The notes: generated by a model from the letters alone, not told the origin. Counted from the first letter of the stretch, positions 20,656 through 29,835 are shown. The stretch is 64,000 nucleotides of DNA from Thermostichus sp. DRC_bins_24 (GCA_039794845.1 JAUQVK010000084.1:1-64000), one strand, 5' to 3'. Numbers and translations: made by a program.

Positions 20656-20714
20656 CTCGAATCCCTGACCTCTGCGGTGCGATCGCAGCGCTCTACCAAC
20701 TGAGCTAACTCCCC
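20642..20714 (-). tRNA. tRNA-Ala(CGC)
   Basis: GGGGAGTTAGCTCAGTTGGTAGAGCG-CTGCG-AT-CGC-AC-CGCAG-AGGTC-AGGGATTCGAGTTCCCT-ACTCTCCA cloverleaf, G3:U70 pair. Confidence 0.93.
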
Positions 20715-21319
20715 ATGGCTTTACTAGAATAGCCCGAATCCGCAGCCAGTATCTGCTCCGCCCGCAATTCCAACCCCGAAAACAGCTCAGACTTTACCTC
20801 ATCGGATCCCTTTAGCTCCAGCGGGTCGTACCAACCCTCATGCAACAGCAGCAGGCTCACTTTCTCTTCCAACGGATCCACAATCCAATACTCACCAATC
20901 CCCAAAACACTGTACTCCGCCCGCTTAGCCCGGTAATCACTTGCCCGGCTCGACTCACTCACCACCTCCACCACCCAAAAAGGCGGCGGCTCATGCAAAC
21001 GGATCAACGCCTCTCGCGCCTGTAACCCCTGCCACTGCTCCGAAGAAAGCACCACCACATCCGGGATCCGCACCGTATCCCAGCGATTTCCCCGTGGCGA
21101 TTGCACACCCAAACCACCTTGTACGGTTGTCCAAGCCAACTGCTGTCGGGAGATCTCTGCATCAAAAACCCGGCTCAGAAATTTTTGAATCTCCGTGTGC
21201 CGCCCAGTGGGAAGTGCCATCGGCACCAACTCCCCCGCCACCAACTCATAGCGAGTGTCGCTGTCATCAGAATAGGTGAGGTATTCTGCCAGAGTTAGAT
21301 AGTGGGTTGCCAAAGCCAT
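20705..21319 (-). CDS. Uma2 family endonuclease
   Basis: RYELV-GEL-PM, R-PDV-V, VVEVVS, DY--KR-EY--LGI-EYWIVDP; stop codon lies within the tRNA 5' end. Confidence 0.92.
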   Translation of the reverse strand: MALATHYLTLAEYLTYSDDSDTRYELVAGELVPMALPTGRHTEIQKFLSRVFDAEISRQQLAWTTVQGGLGVQSPRGNRWDTVRIPDVVVLSSEQWQGLQAREALIRLHEPPPFWVVEVVSESSRASDYRAKRAEYSVLGIGEYWIVDPLEEKVSLLLLHEGWYDPLELKGSDEVKSELFSGLELRAEQILAADSGYSSKAMGS

Positions 21320-21391
21320 AGAACCTGCTCAGCCAGAGCCTTTCATGCTGACCATGTTAGCCTTGCCATCTCATCAGGCGGAGAACTCTTC

Positions 21392-21583
21392 ATGCCTACA
21401 GACGATCAACTGCGAACTTGCTACCTCTACCAATGTCGGTTAGTCGAGCTAGGCTGGCAAATGAGAAGAATACAACAGGTTCCGGGAGGTGAGGTGATCA
21501 TGATCTGGATTCCCCGAGAGCCCACCGCAGCTTCTACGGAGCCCTTAATAGTTACTGTTTTGAATAACGGGAGTATTGTATGA
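21392..21583 (+). CDS. Small hypothetical protein (DUF6888-like)
   Basis: MPTDDQLRTCY... 63 aa after a GGAG RBS; ATGA-coupled to the next gene. Confidence 0.6.
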   Translation: MPTDDQLRTCYLYQCRLVELGWQMRRIQQVPGGEVIMIWIPREPTAASTEPLIVTVLNNGSIV

Positions 21584-21786
21584 AGCCTACTTATCAGTCG
21601 ATGAGTACCCCCGAACTCATCCAGTATGTGGATGAAAGCGGCGATCCTTTGGCAGCCCAAGAACTGGTAGACAGGATGAAATCGGATCCCAGTCGCACCC
21701 CCGTTAACCCTCAGCAAGATCCGGAGTGGCCCGCCAAGCTAGAAGCGCTCATTACCCATCACCTCAACCCCTCTAGCCCCCAATAG
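21580..21786 (+). CDS. Small hypothetical protein (DUF6887-like)
   Basis: MKPTYQSMSTPELIQYV...A-QELVDRM resembles the DUF6887 N-terminus. Confidence 0.6.
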   Translation: MKPTYQSMSTPELIQYVDESGDPLAAQELVDRMKSDPSRTPVNPQQDPEWPAKLEALITHHLNPSSPQ

Positions 21787-21905
21787 GCACCAACCGGGCC
21801 GAAAAGGACGAGATCGGCCAGCCCCACAACCAAAACAACCCCCTCAACACACAAATGCCGAGGGGGGCAAGTCAGCCAGGGACGGATCCCAGCAGAGAAC
21901 CGGGT

Positions 21906-22205
21906 TCAATAAAGCTCTTCTTCTTGATGGGTGATGATGGTGCAGTCGGAGGTAGGGTAAGCCACGCAAGTCAACACATAACCCGCCTCGATCTGATCAT
22001 CATCCAGGAACGACTGATCGCTTTGATCCACCGTGCCGCTGACCAGTTTGCCCGCACAGGTCGAACAGGCCCCCGCCCGGCAGGAATAAGGCAACTCCAA
22101 GCCTTGCTCCTCGGCCACATCCAAAATGTACTCGTCATCCGGTACTTCGATGGTAGCGTTCAAGCCTTGTTCTTCGTTGATCAGAGTGACCTTGTAGGTA
22201 GCCAT
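21906..22205 (-). CDS. petF: Plant-type [2Fe-2S] ferredoxin
   Basis: MATYKVTL...[12 protein letters not shown]...LTCVAYP. Confidence 0.96.
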   Translation of the reverse strand: MATYKVTLINEEQGLNATIEVPDDEYILDVAEEQGLELPYSCRAGACSTCAGKLVSGTVDQSDQSFLDDDQIEAGYVLTCVAYPTSDCTIITHQEEELY

Positions 22206-22557
22206 CCTGGTGTGTCTCCAGTGAAAAACATCCACTCCTCATCCTGCCACCCTTCTGCCCCGGATCAAGCACAATTCTGTGAGGAAATAGGCAAATCTTC
22301 CTGTTTTTTACAGAAACCCTGCTACACCCCCTACTGAATAAGGGTTTTAGCCTTTGCCAGACCTCTCACAAGCCCTGCTAACGCCGCTTCATCCATGCGT
22401 ACCGATAGCCTCTTCTATTTACTTTTCCAACTCTTCCCTGGCCTCACCCCAGAACTGCTCAGCCAAGAACTGAAGGGATGGGGCTCCACACCTCACAGAG
22501 CAAGAGCAGGAAGTGCAAGTCTTGTCGTAGAAGGCCCGCCCACGAGCTGTAACTGCA

Positions 22558-22935
22558 TCATCCAACAGGGCTGAGATCTGGCCTCAGTTCGCGGGCGCCC
22601 CCCAGGTAAACGTGCTGCATGTCGGTTTGGGGCAGGGGGGTATTCAACTGGATCAAAACACGGATGCAACGGGGCAAGGCACCGATCACCTCCATCTGCT
22701 GTACGTCCAGAAGGGGCACCAATTCCCATCCCGGGCGGCGGCGGGCAAATTGGGCAGGGAAAGCAGCATTCAGGTCGGGGGTAACGGAAAAAATAACGCT
22801 GACCAACTCTGCCGGATCCAGAGCGTTGCGATGCTCTAGAGTATCCAACAGCTCAGTCACTGCCGTGCAAATGGCCTCGGCACTGTTCACAGGTACGGTG
22901 ATGGCTCCTCGAATTGCTCTGACACGCCACCCCAA
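22558..22935 (-). CDS. aroH: AroH-type chorismate mutase (start uncertain: 22935 or 22992)
   Basis: VRAIRGA-TV, F-VT-DL-A-FPA, LPRCIRVL, HVYL-GA--LRPDL. Confidence 0.92.
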   Translation of the reverse strand: MGWRVRAIRGAITVPVNSAEAICTAVTELLDTLEHRNALDPAELVSVIFSVTPDLNAAFPAQFARRRPGWELVPLLDVQQMEVIGALPRCIRVLIQLNTPLPQTDMQHVYLGGARELRPDLSPVG

Positions 22936-23060
22936 GGCCACAACCTCACACGCTTGAGTTCGTCTTGCTTTCAGAAGATTATACAGATTCATTCCCCCTC
23001 TGTGGGATCCCGTCCTGTCCATGGAAACCGGCTGGGATCCGCTTACCCAGTTCAGCGCTC

Positions 23061-23762
23061 TCAGGTGGGTTGCAACAGTTTCTCCAAAACTTGATCGTGG
23101 CTGAGTCCAGAATCCACCCAGGCTTCTCCTTCTTTAAGGCGAGCAACTGTGGTGAGGACAAATAAATTGCTCTTTGCCCCCAAAGCCTCGCTGGTGGTTT
23201 GCACACAGATCAAGTCTTGGCCGGTCAACTGGCTGAACCAAGTGCCCAACAAGCCCGCTTCCAAAAAGCCCATGGGCCGCGTAAAGTGGGCAGGAGTGAG
23301 GGCGGCAAAGGGGGAATTGCGAATGGATACCACCAGAACCCCCTGATCTTTGTAGGTCCAGTCGATCTCGATCAGTCCCCAGCCGTGGGTTTTCCAAGCT
23401 TGCCCTAAATTTTGCAAGAAAATGCCCATTTCTAGTTCGGCCAAAGGTTTTTGGTAATAGTCCGAAAGTTCCTGGGCAAACCGGCGGAAAAATTCCTTGC
23501 CCCACATGCGGCCACAGTTGCGCAAAACCAAACGGGCTGCTTGGCCGGTCTCGTATTCCAGTCCGGTGTAAATACCCCGCAGCAAGGCTTCTGGGATCGC
23601 CAAAAGACGCTCGCCATGGCGACTTTCCAACAGGCCCGATTCCAAATCGCTCTGCAAATAGGCCCCGGGGGTGTAGTAATTGGCCAAAACCGGCGTATAC
23701 GGGTCAAAGCCGGCGGAGCCATTGGGGGAGCCATTGGGGCTGTGGGTGGCAGTGCTGGTCAT
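23061..23762 (-). CDS. V4R (4-vinyl reductase) domain protein
   Basis: D-E-G-L---G-R, GWG, AG---WFS-LTG-DL-C-QT pattern. Confidence 0.85.
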   Translation of the reverse strand: MTSTATHSPNGSPNGSAGFDPYTPVLANYYTPGAYLQSDLESGLLESRHGERLLAIPEALLRGIYTGLEYETGQAARLVLRNCGRMWGKEFFRRFAQELSDYYQKPLAELEMGIFLQNLGQAWKTHGWGLIEIDWTYKDQGVLVVSIRNSPFAALTPAHFTRPMGFLEAGLLGTWFSQLTGQDLICVQTTSEALGAKSNLFVLTTVARLKEGEAWVDSGLSHDQVLEKLLQPT

Positions 23763-23827
23763 AAGGGATCCCTTTGCGATCAAAAAATAAATAAAGTGGG
23801 GTTAGGCACAAAAGCAGTGGCGGCCTC

Positions 23828-24286
23828 CTAAAACAGCAAAGCCACCTGAACCTGGGTGATGAAGGGGCGGATAAACTCCAGTTCACCAGCGGTCAAGTGA
23901 TCTTTCAGCTCTTGTTGGAAAATCCGATAGGCAATTTCGTAAACACTCTGTAGCCCGTAGAGGCGCACCTCCTCCTCCATCCACTCAATTAGCCGCTCTC
24001 TTAGCAACTCTTCGTCCTGAAGCAGCATGGCTAGGGCGCTATGGCGCAACAACAACAACAGATGCCGCTGACACAGCTCCAGCACTTGCCCCGAAAGACT
24101 GGGCATTTCCTGCTTGAGGGCGTTTAGGGTTCGGCTCACCATCTGGCTCTCCCGTTCCCGCAAGATTCGATACACGTGTTGCCGTTTCGGCCATCCGAGA
24201 ACGTAGGCTTTTAACTGGCCCAGCTCTTCCGGCTTGAGGTAGCGTGCTTCCGCTTCGATGAGCATCCGTTCGATTGAGCTAGCCAT
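23828..24286 (-). CDS. Phycobiliprotein/globin-like protein
   Basis: EAE-RYL--EEL--L, C-R---LLR--A-AML--D fold signature. Confidence 0.75.
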   Translation of the reverse strand: MASSIERMLIEAEARYLKPEELGQLKAYVLGWPKRQHVYRILRERESQMVSRTLNALKQEMPSLSGQVLELCQRHLLLLLRHSALAMLLQDEELLRERLIEWMEEEVRLYGLQSVYEIAYRIFQQELKDHLTAGELEFIRPFITQVQVALLF

Positions 24287-24329
24287 CGTTGCATCTCCCA
24301 GTCGTGGAGTAGAGGGGGTGGGTGAGGAG

Positions 24330-24581
24330 CTAAAACATGCTGAACAGATCGGCCAAGGTGATTTGTTCTTCTTCCGGTTCCAAGTTCGGCACCGCTGCTA
24401 GGGATCCCAATGAACGAGCGGCCAAGTCAAGGGGATCCCCGGCCCAAGGGATCGAGCCGAATTGCTCACGTACGAGCAGGAAGGGCATCGACACCGAACG
24501 TGCCTGCAACGGGCGATTGTCCCAATTCAAACGGGCGAAAAAGCTCTGCACCGAATCTTCTAGGGGAATCTCTAAGGTCAT
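24330..24581 (-). CDS. Small hypothetical protein in the V4R operon
   Basis: SV--FF---NWD and F-SIPW motifs; ATGA-coupled. Confidence 0.7.
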   Translation of the reverse strand: MTLEIPLEDSVQSFFARLNWDNRPLQARSVSMPFLLVREQFGSIPWAGDPLDLAARSLGSLAAVPNLEPEEEQITLADLFSMF

Positions 24582-25303
24582 GCCTTGACGCCCCCCTCAC
24601 CGGAGCGCAGTTTCTGGGCGATCTCACCGGCGCTGGCCCCTTCGTTCAACCAAAACGCTGCCGCATCAATGCGGTCTTTGCTCCCGAGTAAAAACTTACA
24701 GTAGCTCTCCCCCATCGAGTAGCATTGGATCTCAATGCAGTTCAGTTGCCGTTCCACCATGGCGCTGAAAAAACCGGCAAACAGCCCGGCATAGAGGTGG
24801 CAAACGGGCTTATCCACATCTCCAAGGGTGCGTGCTACAGCCGAGTCGAACAGGTTGATGAAGATAAACCCCTGCCGCCGACCTTCGGTATCCACCTCCC
24901 AGCGTCCCCACCCTTGAGAGGTTAAGGGCCACCACCAAGTCTCCAACAAAAACATCAGGTTACTCTGTTTGGTTGTGCGCCGATATTCCTCTTCGTACCA
25001 CCGGGAAAAATGGGCGGCATCGTTGCGGCCCCACTCTCGGCCAATGGTGTACATTAAAGATGCCGAGGCATCCCCCACTTCTTCTTCTAGGCCCTGCTGC
25101 AGGCCAAGGATAAAGTCTTCACTGACCAATACATTGCGTCCCCCCGTCCAGTCGAAAAGGGAGCCTTGGGAGCGGTCGAAGCGGAAAAAGTCTTCGCGGC
25201 TGTAGTGGTTGTGGCGTTGGGCAGCAGGTTGAAGGCGCAATTCAATCGCAGAGACCGTCATGAGCGTGGCAGGGGAAGTACGTTTTTTGACTCCTCCCAT
25301 CAT
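24578..25303 (-). CDS. V4R domain protein (slr0144-like; alternative start 25261)
   Basis: HNHY...FF, W-G-RN, QGWG-W, PVCHLYAG-FAGFFS, CIEIQCY-MG--YCKF. Confidence 0.88.
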   Translation of the reverse strand: MMGGVKKRTSPATLMTVSAIELRLQPAAQRHNHYSREDFFRFDRSQGSLFDWTGGRNVLVSEDFILGLQQGLEEEVGDASASLMYTIGREWGRNDAAHFSRWYEEEYRRTTKQSNLMFLLETWWWPLTSQGWGRWEVDTEGRRQGFIFINLFDSAVARTLGDVDKPVCHLYAGLFAGFFSAMVERQLNCIEIQCYSMGESYCKFLLGSKDRIDAAAFWLNEGASAGEIAQKLRSGEGGVKA

Positions 25304-25429
25304 ATCGTTCTCTCCCCACCCCTCACCCTGAGAAAATCCTGATTTGGCTCAGGCGGGAGATTAACCCTAAAAATTAATCCTGAATTTTTGTAAAGACCGG
25401 TGGGTCTACAGAAGAAACCCTCAGGGTTT

Positions 25430-25648
25430 TTACGGATGAGATTTGACCTTGATGAAGGCAATAGCGGAGCGCCACAGCAGCGATTCCTGCCCCCCAGCAT
25501 CGGTCAGACACAAGCAATCGGGATCCTGCCAGCGCAACTGGCCCACGAAGACATCCCCGGTGTTGAGCTTGATTTCAAAGGTTTCCCGATCCTTGATCCC
25601 CTTCTGCAGGCGACGCACGCTCGGGATCCCAGCATTCAAATCGGTCAC
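25430..25648 (-). CDS. hfq: Cyanobacterial Hfq-like Sm protein
   Basis: G-PSVR--Q--IK----EIKL-TGD---G---WQD---C--L------L-WR-AIA-I. Confidence 0.85.
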   Translation of the reverse strand: MTDLNAGIPSVRRLQKGIKDRETFEIKLNTGDVFVGQLRWQDPDCLCLTDAGGQESLLWRSAIAFIKVKSHP

Positions 25649-25808
25649 GGCAGCTCCACTGGCGAGCGATAGGATACACTTGGCAGGCGCACTGGTCTCA
25701 GTATAGGGGATCCGCGAAGCGCAGTTCGACCCCCAAACGACTTCGGCTGGATCGTTGCTTTCACTCGGTTTTCCCCATTAAGAAATATGCTACATGCATA
25801 GGCATCGC

Positions 25809-25826
25809 TTTACAAAAAGCTACAAA
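25809..25826 (+). promoter_or_regulatory. HLR1(RpaB)-like direct repeat upstream of gvpA
   Basis: TTTACAAA-AA-GCTACAAA. Confidence 0.4.
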
Positions 25827-26033
25827 TCACTGAGGAGTGCCATCTTATTTAAGCGAATCTACGGGTGTTTTGGGTGGAGAAAAGTATCAAAATGAGGTTT
25901 AGGGTGACGGGAAGTGCGGTTCGTCGCCCCGCAGGGAATGGATTCAGGGTCTGGATCCTTATCCGAACGTGAGGTTTTGCCGCCAATTTGTTTGTCCCTT
26001 TGAACGAGCATCATTAATGCAGGAGAAATTGTC

Positions 26034-26252
26034 ATGGCAGTTGAGAAAGTAAACTCTTCCTCGAGCTTGGCCGAAGTGATCGATCGCATCTTGGATAAGG
26101 GTATCGTTGTCGATGCCTGGGTGCGTGTTTCCTTGGTTGGGATCGAGCTGTTGGCGATTGAAGCGCGGGTTGTTGTGGCTTCTGTGGAAACCTACCTGAA
26201 ATATGCTGAAGCTGTGGGTCTGACGGCTACTGCTGCTGCCCCTGCGGCCTAA
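26034..26252 (+). CDS. gvpA: Gas vesicle structural protein
   Basis: [40 protein letters not shown]. Confidence 0.98.
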   Translation: MAVEKVNSSSSLAEVIDRILDKGIVVDAWVRVSLVGIELLAIEARVVVASVETYLKYAEAVGLTATAAAPAA

Positions 26253-26560
26253 GCCTGGTGGTATTGCCGCGTTCCTCACCTTATAGACCGGGATTATTTG
26301 GTGATCCTCTGGGGATCATTCACAGGTTTTCTGGGGGAGGCTCCGAGGCGATAGCGTAAGGGTTGTTGAGCAATAGGGCAGGGATCTGTTGGAGGTCTCT
26401 GCCTCCTTTTCCTCAGCTTGATCCAACCGATACGGTACACTTTCTTGGCCGTTAAGTTCGGCTACCCAGTATTGACCAGTATTGATTCGGTATTGACTTG
26501 GACTCGGGCTTTCCCGACCCATGAGTTAAAAGCCAAAGACGACGTAAGGGATTGGACACC

Positions 26561-27604
26561 ATGAGTTTGCAGGAACAGTGGGTCGTGGCCCGTAACCGAC
26601 GGGCGGCTCAAAACCAAAGTTTGCTAAGTCGATCCCGTCAGCAGCGCGTGGAGCGCCATCAAAACCTGATGGCTGAGTTGGGGCGACAACGTCAGCAACG
26701 GCAACAGGCGATACAGCAACAGGCGGAGCAAATCCGCGGTCACCTGCGGAAACTGCAGCAGGATCGGGCTGTGCAGCGGGCCTTGGACGAATACACCCGC
26801 CTGGAAATCGCCACCCAACGGGCCAAATCGGTGGCAGAGTTTCTCTCTTGTCTGGAACGGGAACGGGCTGCTCAATCAGAAGCCAGCCAGCAGCAGCTCC
26901 AAGCTTTTCGGGCCAACTTGACTTCGGATGTGGAAGGTTTACTGAGCACCTTCGCCCAGGCCCGGCAGGTGATGGCCAGCACCACTCAGCAAGCACGGCA
27001 GGCGGTTTGTGCCGATCTGCAGCAACGGGTACAAGCCCTTCGACAGCACGCTCGGCAGGAACTGGCCCAGGTTGCTCAAGAGCGACAGACCCAAGCCCAA
27101 GCTTTACAACGTGCGCTGACGGCTTTTCGGGTGGCGCTGCACGAGCAGGTGTGGGGCAATGGGATCCCCTTCCTCACCCCAGAACTTGAAGTCGAACCTG
27201 AAGCCTCCGTTGCAGCTGCTCCCCCCCAACCTGCCGATGAGATCCGTGAGCCTGCCCCCGCTCCAGCGCCCAACAGCACAACTGCCGTTGAGGCCGAAGT
27301 TGAGGTCGAGGCTCCGGTTGCCCCTGACCCATCACCTCAGCCGCCGGTCGCTCCGGTGATGCCCGCCATTCCCGTAGTTCCTCCCGCTCCCGTGGCCGAA
27401 GAGCCGGGACGCATTCTCACCTATGTGAACGAGTATGTGGAGGCGCTGCAGGCCCAAAATCCCGACCTAACCCTGTTGCAAGTCATCGGCAATCGGGAAC
27501 AGGTGCGCGATCTGCTGGCCCGAGGCGCGGTGGAGCTGGGGGTGGATCCCTCCGAAATTCTGGCCACGTTGCGGCGCATGGTGTCGGAGACCGTTGCGGT
27601 TTAA
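26561..27604 (+). CDS. gvpC: GvpC-like gas vesicle protein with a Pro-rich linker and extra C-terminal domain
   Basis: Q/A/R-rich helical region with about 33-aa periodicity ending VWG; lies between gvpA and gvpN. Confidence 0.7.
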   Translation: MSLQEQWVVARNRRAAQNQSLLSRSRQQRVERHQNLMAELGRQRQQRQQAIQQQAEQIRGHLRKLQQDRAVQRALDEYTRLEIATQRAKSVAEFLSCLERERAAQSEASQQQLQAFRANLTSDVEGLLSTFAQARQVMASTTQQARQAVCADLQQRVQALRQHARQELAQVAQERQTQAQALQRALTAFRVALHEQVWGNGIPFLTPELEVEPEASVAAAPPQPADEIREPAPAPAPNSTTAVEAEVEVEAPVAPDPSPQPPVAPVMPAIPVVPPAPVAEEPGRILTYVNEYVEALQAQNPDLTLLQVIGNREQVRDLLARGAVELGVDPSEILATLRRMVSETVAV

Positions 27605-27664
27605 TCCAAGCCAAGCATAAGGATCCCAGCTATAGTCGAGGCAAAAAAGAGGTTTGGTACCCCT

Positions 27665-28549
27665 ATGGCCACCGTTTTGCAGGCGCGTCCACGCCAGTTT
27701 GTGAATACTCCCTACACTGAGCGGATTGTCCGCCGAGCTCTGCGCTATCTGCAATCGGGCTTTGCGGTTCATTTACGGGGGCCTTCGGGGACCGGCAAAA
27801 CCACCTTGGCAATGCACCTGGCCGGTCTGATGGGTCGCCCGATTATGTTGATCTACGGGGATGACCGCTTCGACTCCTCGGATCTCATCGGGGGTCGCAC
27901 CGGCTTCACCCATCGGCGGGTGGTGGATAACTACATTCACTCGGTGGTGAAAACTGAGGAGGATCTGCAGCAGCGTTGGGTGGATGCCCGCCTGACCCTA
28001 GCTTGCCGGGAGGGGTTTACCCTCATCTACGACGAATTCAATCGTTCTCGACCCGAGGCCAACAATGCCCTCCTCAGTGCCCTAGAAGAAAAGTTGTTGG
28101 TCATGCCCCCTGACAGCAACCGTTCGGAGTACCTGCGGGTGCATCCGCAATTTCGGGCCATTTTTACCTCTAACCCGGACGAATATACGGGGGTCCATCG
28201 GGCACAGGATGCCCTTTTGGATCGGATGATCACCATCGACATGGGGGAACCGGACATCGAGACGGAAAAAGAAATCCTCACCTCGCGGGTGGGCTTATCC
28301 GCGCCAGATGCCCTTAAAATCGTCCATGTGGTGCGGGCCTTTCGCCGCAAATTGGATCTCACCCAGCATCCCAGTCTGCGCAGCTGTCTGATGATCGGCC
28401 GCATCGTCAAAGAGCATGAGCTGGCCGTCAGCAGAGAGAATGCCGACTTTCGCGCCCTGTGTGCGGATGTGCTGCTGGCTCGGGCTGGTAAGCGCCATGA
28501 GGAGGGATCCCAGCTGCTGAATTACTTGCTGGATCAACTGCCTGCCTGA
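27665..28549 (+). CDS. gvpN: Gas vesicle AAA+ ATPase
   Basis: GPSGTGKT, YDEFNRSRPE-NN, QDALLDR. Confidence 0.95.
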   Translation: MATVLQARPRQFVNTPYTERIVRRALRYLQSGFAVHLRGPSGTGKTTLAMHLAGLMGRPIMLIYGDDRFDSSDLIGGRTGFTHRRVVDNYIHSVVKTEEDLQQRWVDARLTLACREGFTLIYDEFNRSRPEANNALLSALEEKLLVMPPDSNRSEYLRVHPQFRAIFTSNPDEYTGVHRAQDALLDRMITIDMGEPDIETEKEILTSRVGLSAPDALKIVHVVRAFRRKLDLTQHPSLRSCLMIGRIVKEHELAVSRENADFRALCADVLLARAGKRHEEGSQLLNYLLDQLPA

Positions 28550-28590
28550 CCGTTCTGCCCATTTGTACGCTTTGGAGGGTAGTTAACCCC

Positions 28591-28938
28591 GTGCCTATTA
28601 CCTCTCAACCCTTGACCACAGCCACTCACGGCTCCTCTTTGGCCGATGTGTTAGAGCGGGTGCTGGACAAAGGCATTGTGATTGCGGGGGATATCACGGT
28701 TTCGGTGGGCAACGTTGAGCTGTTGAATGTGCGGATTCGCCTGCTCATTTCCTCGGTGGATAAGGCCAAAGAAATCGGCATCAACTGGTGGGAGTCGGAT
28801 CCCTACCTGAACGGTCACGCACGGGAGCTACTGGAAGCCAATCGGCAGTTAATGCAGCGGGTGGCGGATTTAGAAGGGCAACTGGCCCAGGTCTTGCCCA
28901 AGGGGAGATCGGGGACGGAGTCTGGGGCCACAAGCTAG
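28591..28938 (+). CDS. gvpJ: Gas vesicle protein J
   Basis: SSLADVLERVLDKGIVIAGDI...SVDKAKEIGINWWESDP. Confidence 0.92.
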   Translation: MPITSQPLTTATHGSSLADVLERVLDKGIVIAGDITVSVGNVELLNVRIRLLISSVDKAKEIGINWWESDPYLNGHARELLEANRQLMQRVADLEGQLAQVLPKGRSGTESGATS

Positions 28939-28973
28939 ACTGGCACCGTGGTGGTTGGGCTAGGTGGTGTGAA

Positions 28974-29387
28974 ATGAACTCCAACGTCATTCTCTGTCGG
29001 AACCCTCTGGGGGGACTGTTGGCCTTGGGTCTGTTGTTGGGATCCGGGATCCCGGCTTGGGGGCAAAATCAGAATCCACGTGCCATCAGCATCAACGCCG
29101 ATGCTCAAGAGGCCAACGCCAATACGGGGGTGTTTAAGGCCATTGGCAATGTCACCCTCAGTTTTCCTGCTGAACGCCTGATTGCCCGCGCCCAAAAAGC
29201 AGTGTACTACAGCCAAGAACAGCGAATTGAGTTGGAAGGCCAAGTCACCATTAGCCAAGGGGAAAACCAACTGCAAGCAGAAAAAGTGATCTACCGCATC
29301 GACCAAGGCACAATCCAGGCAGTGCCGGTGGCAGGGCGACAAGTGGAGTCCATCTACGTTTTGCCAGAACCGGCCCCAAGCCCCTAA
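28974..29387 (+). CDS. LptA/OstA family protein
   Basis: Signal peptide, I-ADAQEANA-TG---A-GNV beta-jellyroll pattern. Confidence 0.82.
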   Translation: MNSNVILCRNPLGGLLALGLLLGSGIPAWGQNQNPRAISINADAQEANANTGVFKAIGNVTLSFPAERLIARAQKAVYYSQEQRIELEGQVTISQGENQLQAEKVIYRIDQGTIQAVPVAGRQVESIYVLPEPAPSP

Positions 29388-29406
29388 TCCCCGACACACC
29401 TCACCT

Positions 29407-29835
29407 ACGGGATCCGCTTCCTACGAATCCGACTTCTACGCTTGGACACAAACCCAAGCCACCTTGCTGTGCACGGGCAATCTGGACGCATTGGATCGAG
29501 AGAACCCGGCGGAGGAAATTGAATCGTTGGGCAAAGCCGAAGGGCGAGAGTTGGAAAGTCGCTTGCGGGCCATTGTCATCCACCTGCTGAAGTGGCAATT
29601 TCAACCCGCCCTGCGCTCCCGCAGTTGGCAACTGACCTTGCAGGAACAGCGGATTCGTTTGCAAGCTCATTTGCAGGATAATCCCAGCTTAAAAAGTCGG
29701 ATTTTAGAGGCATTGGGGCGGGCTTATCCCCTGGCGGTGCTCCGGGCAGAACGGGAAACGGGCTTGGAGAGCTTTCTCGGGGAATGTTCGTTTACGATTG
29801 AGCAAATTTTGGCCTTGGACTTTTTCCCCCAATAA
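29407..29835 (+). CDS. DUF29 family protein; canonical start missing (ACG at 29407)
   Basis: In-frame YESDFYAWTQ-QA-LL upstream of the first TTG (29464); HLLKWQFQ, DNPSLK, A--ETGL. Confidence 0.75.
   Translation, partial: TGSASYESDFYAWTQTQATLLCTGNLDALDRENPAEEIESLGKAEGRELESRLRAIVIHLLKWQFQPALRSRSWQLTLQEQRIRLQAHLQDNPSLKSRILEALGRAYPLAVLRAERETGLESFLGECSFTIEQILALDFFPQ

Noticed and set aside
20484..20699. 71-aa ORF with an internal repeat
   Set aside because: Translation of the tRNA and its duplicated 3' half
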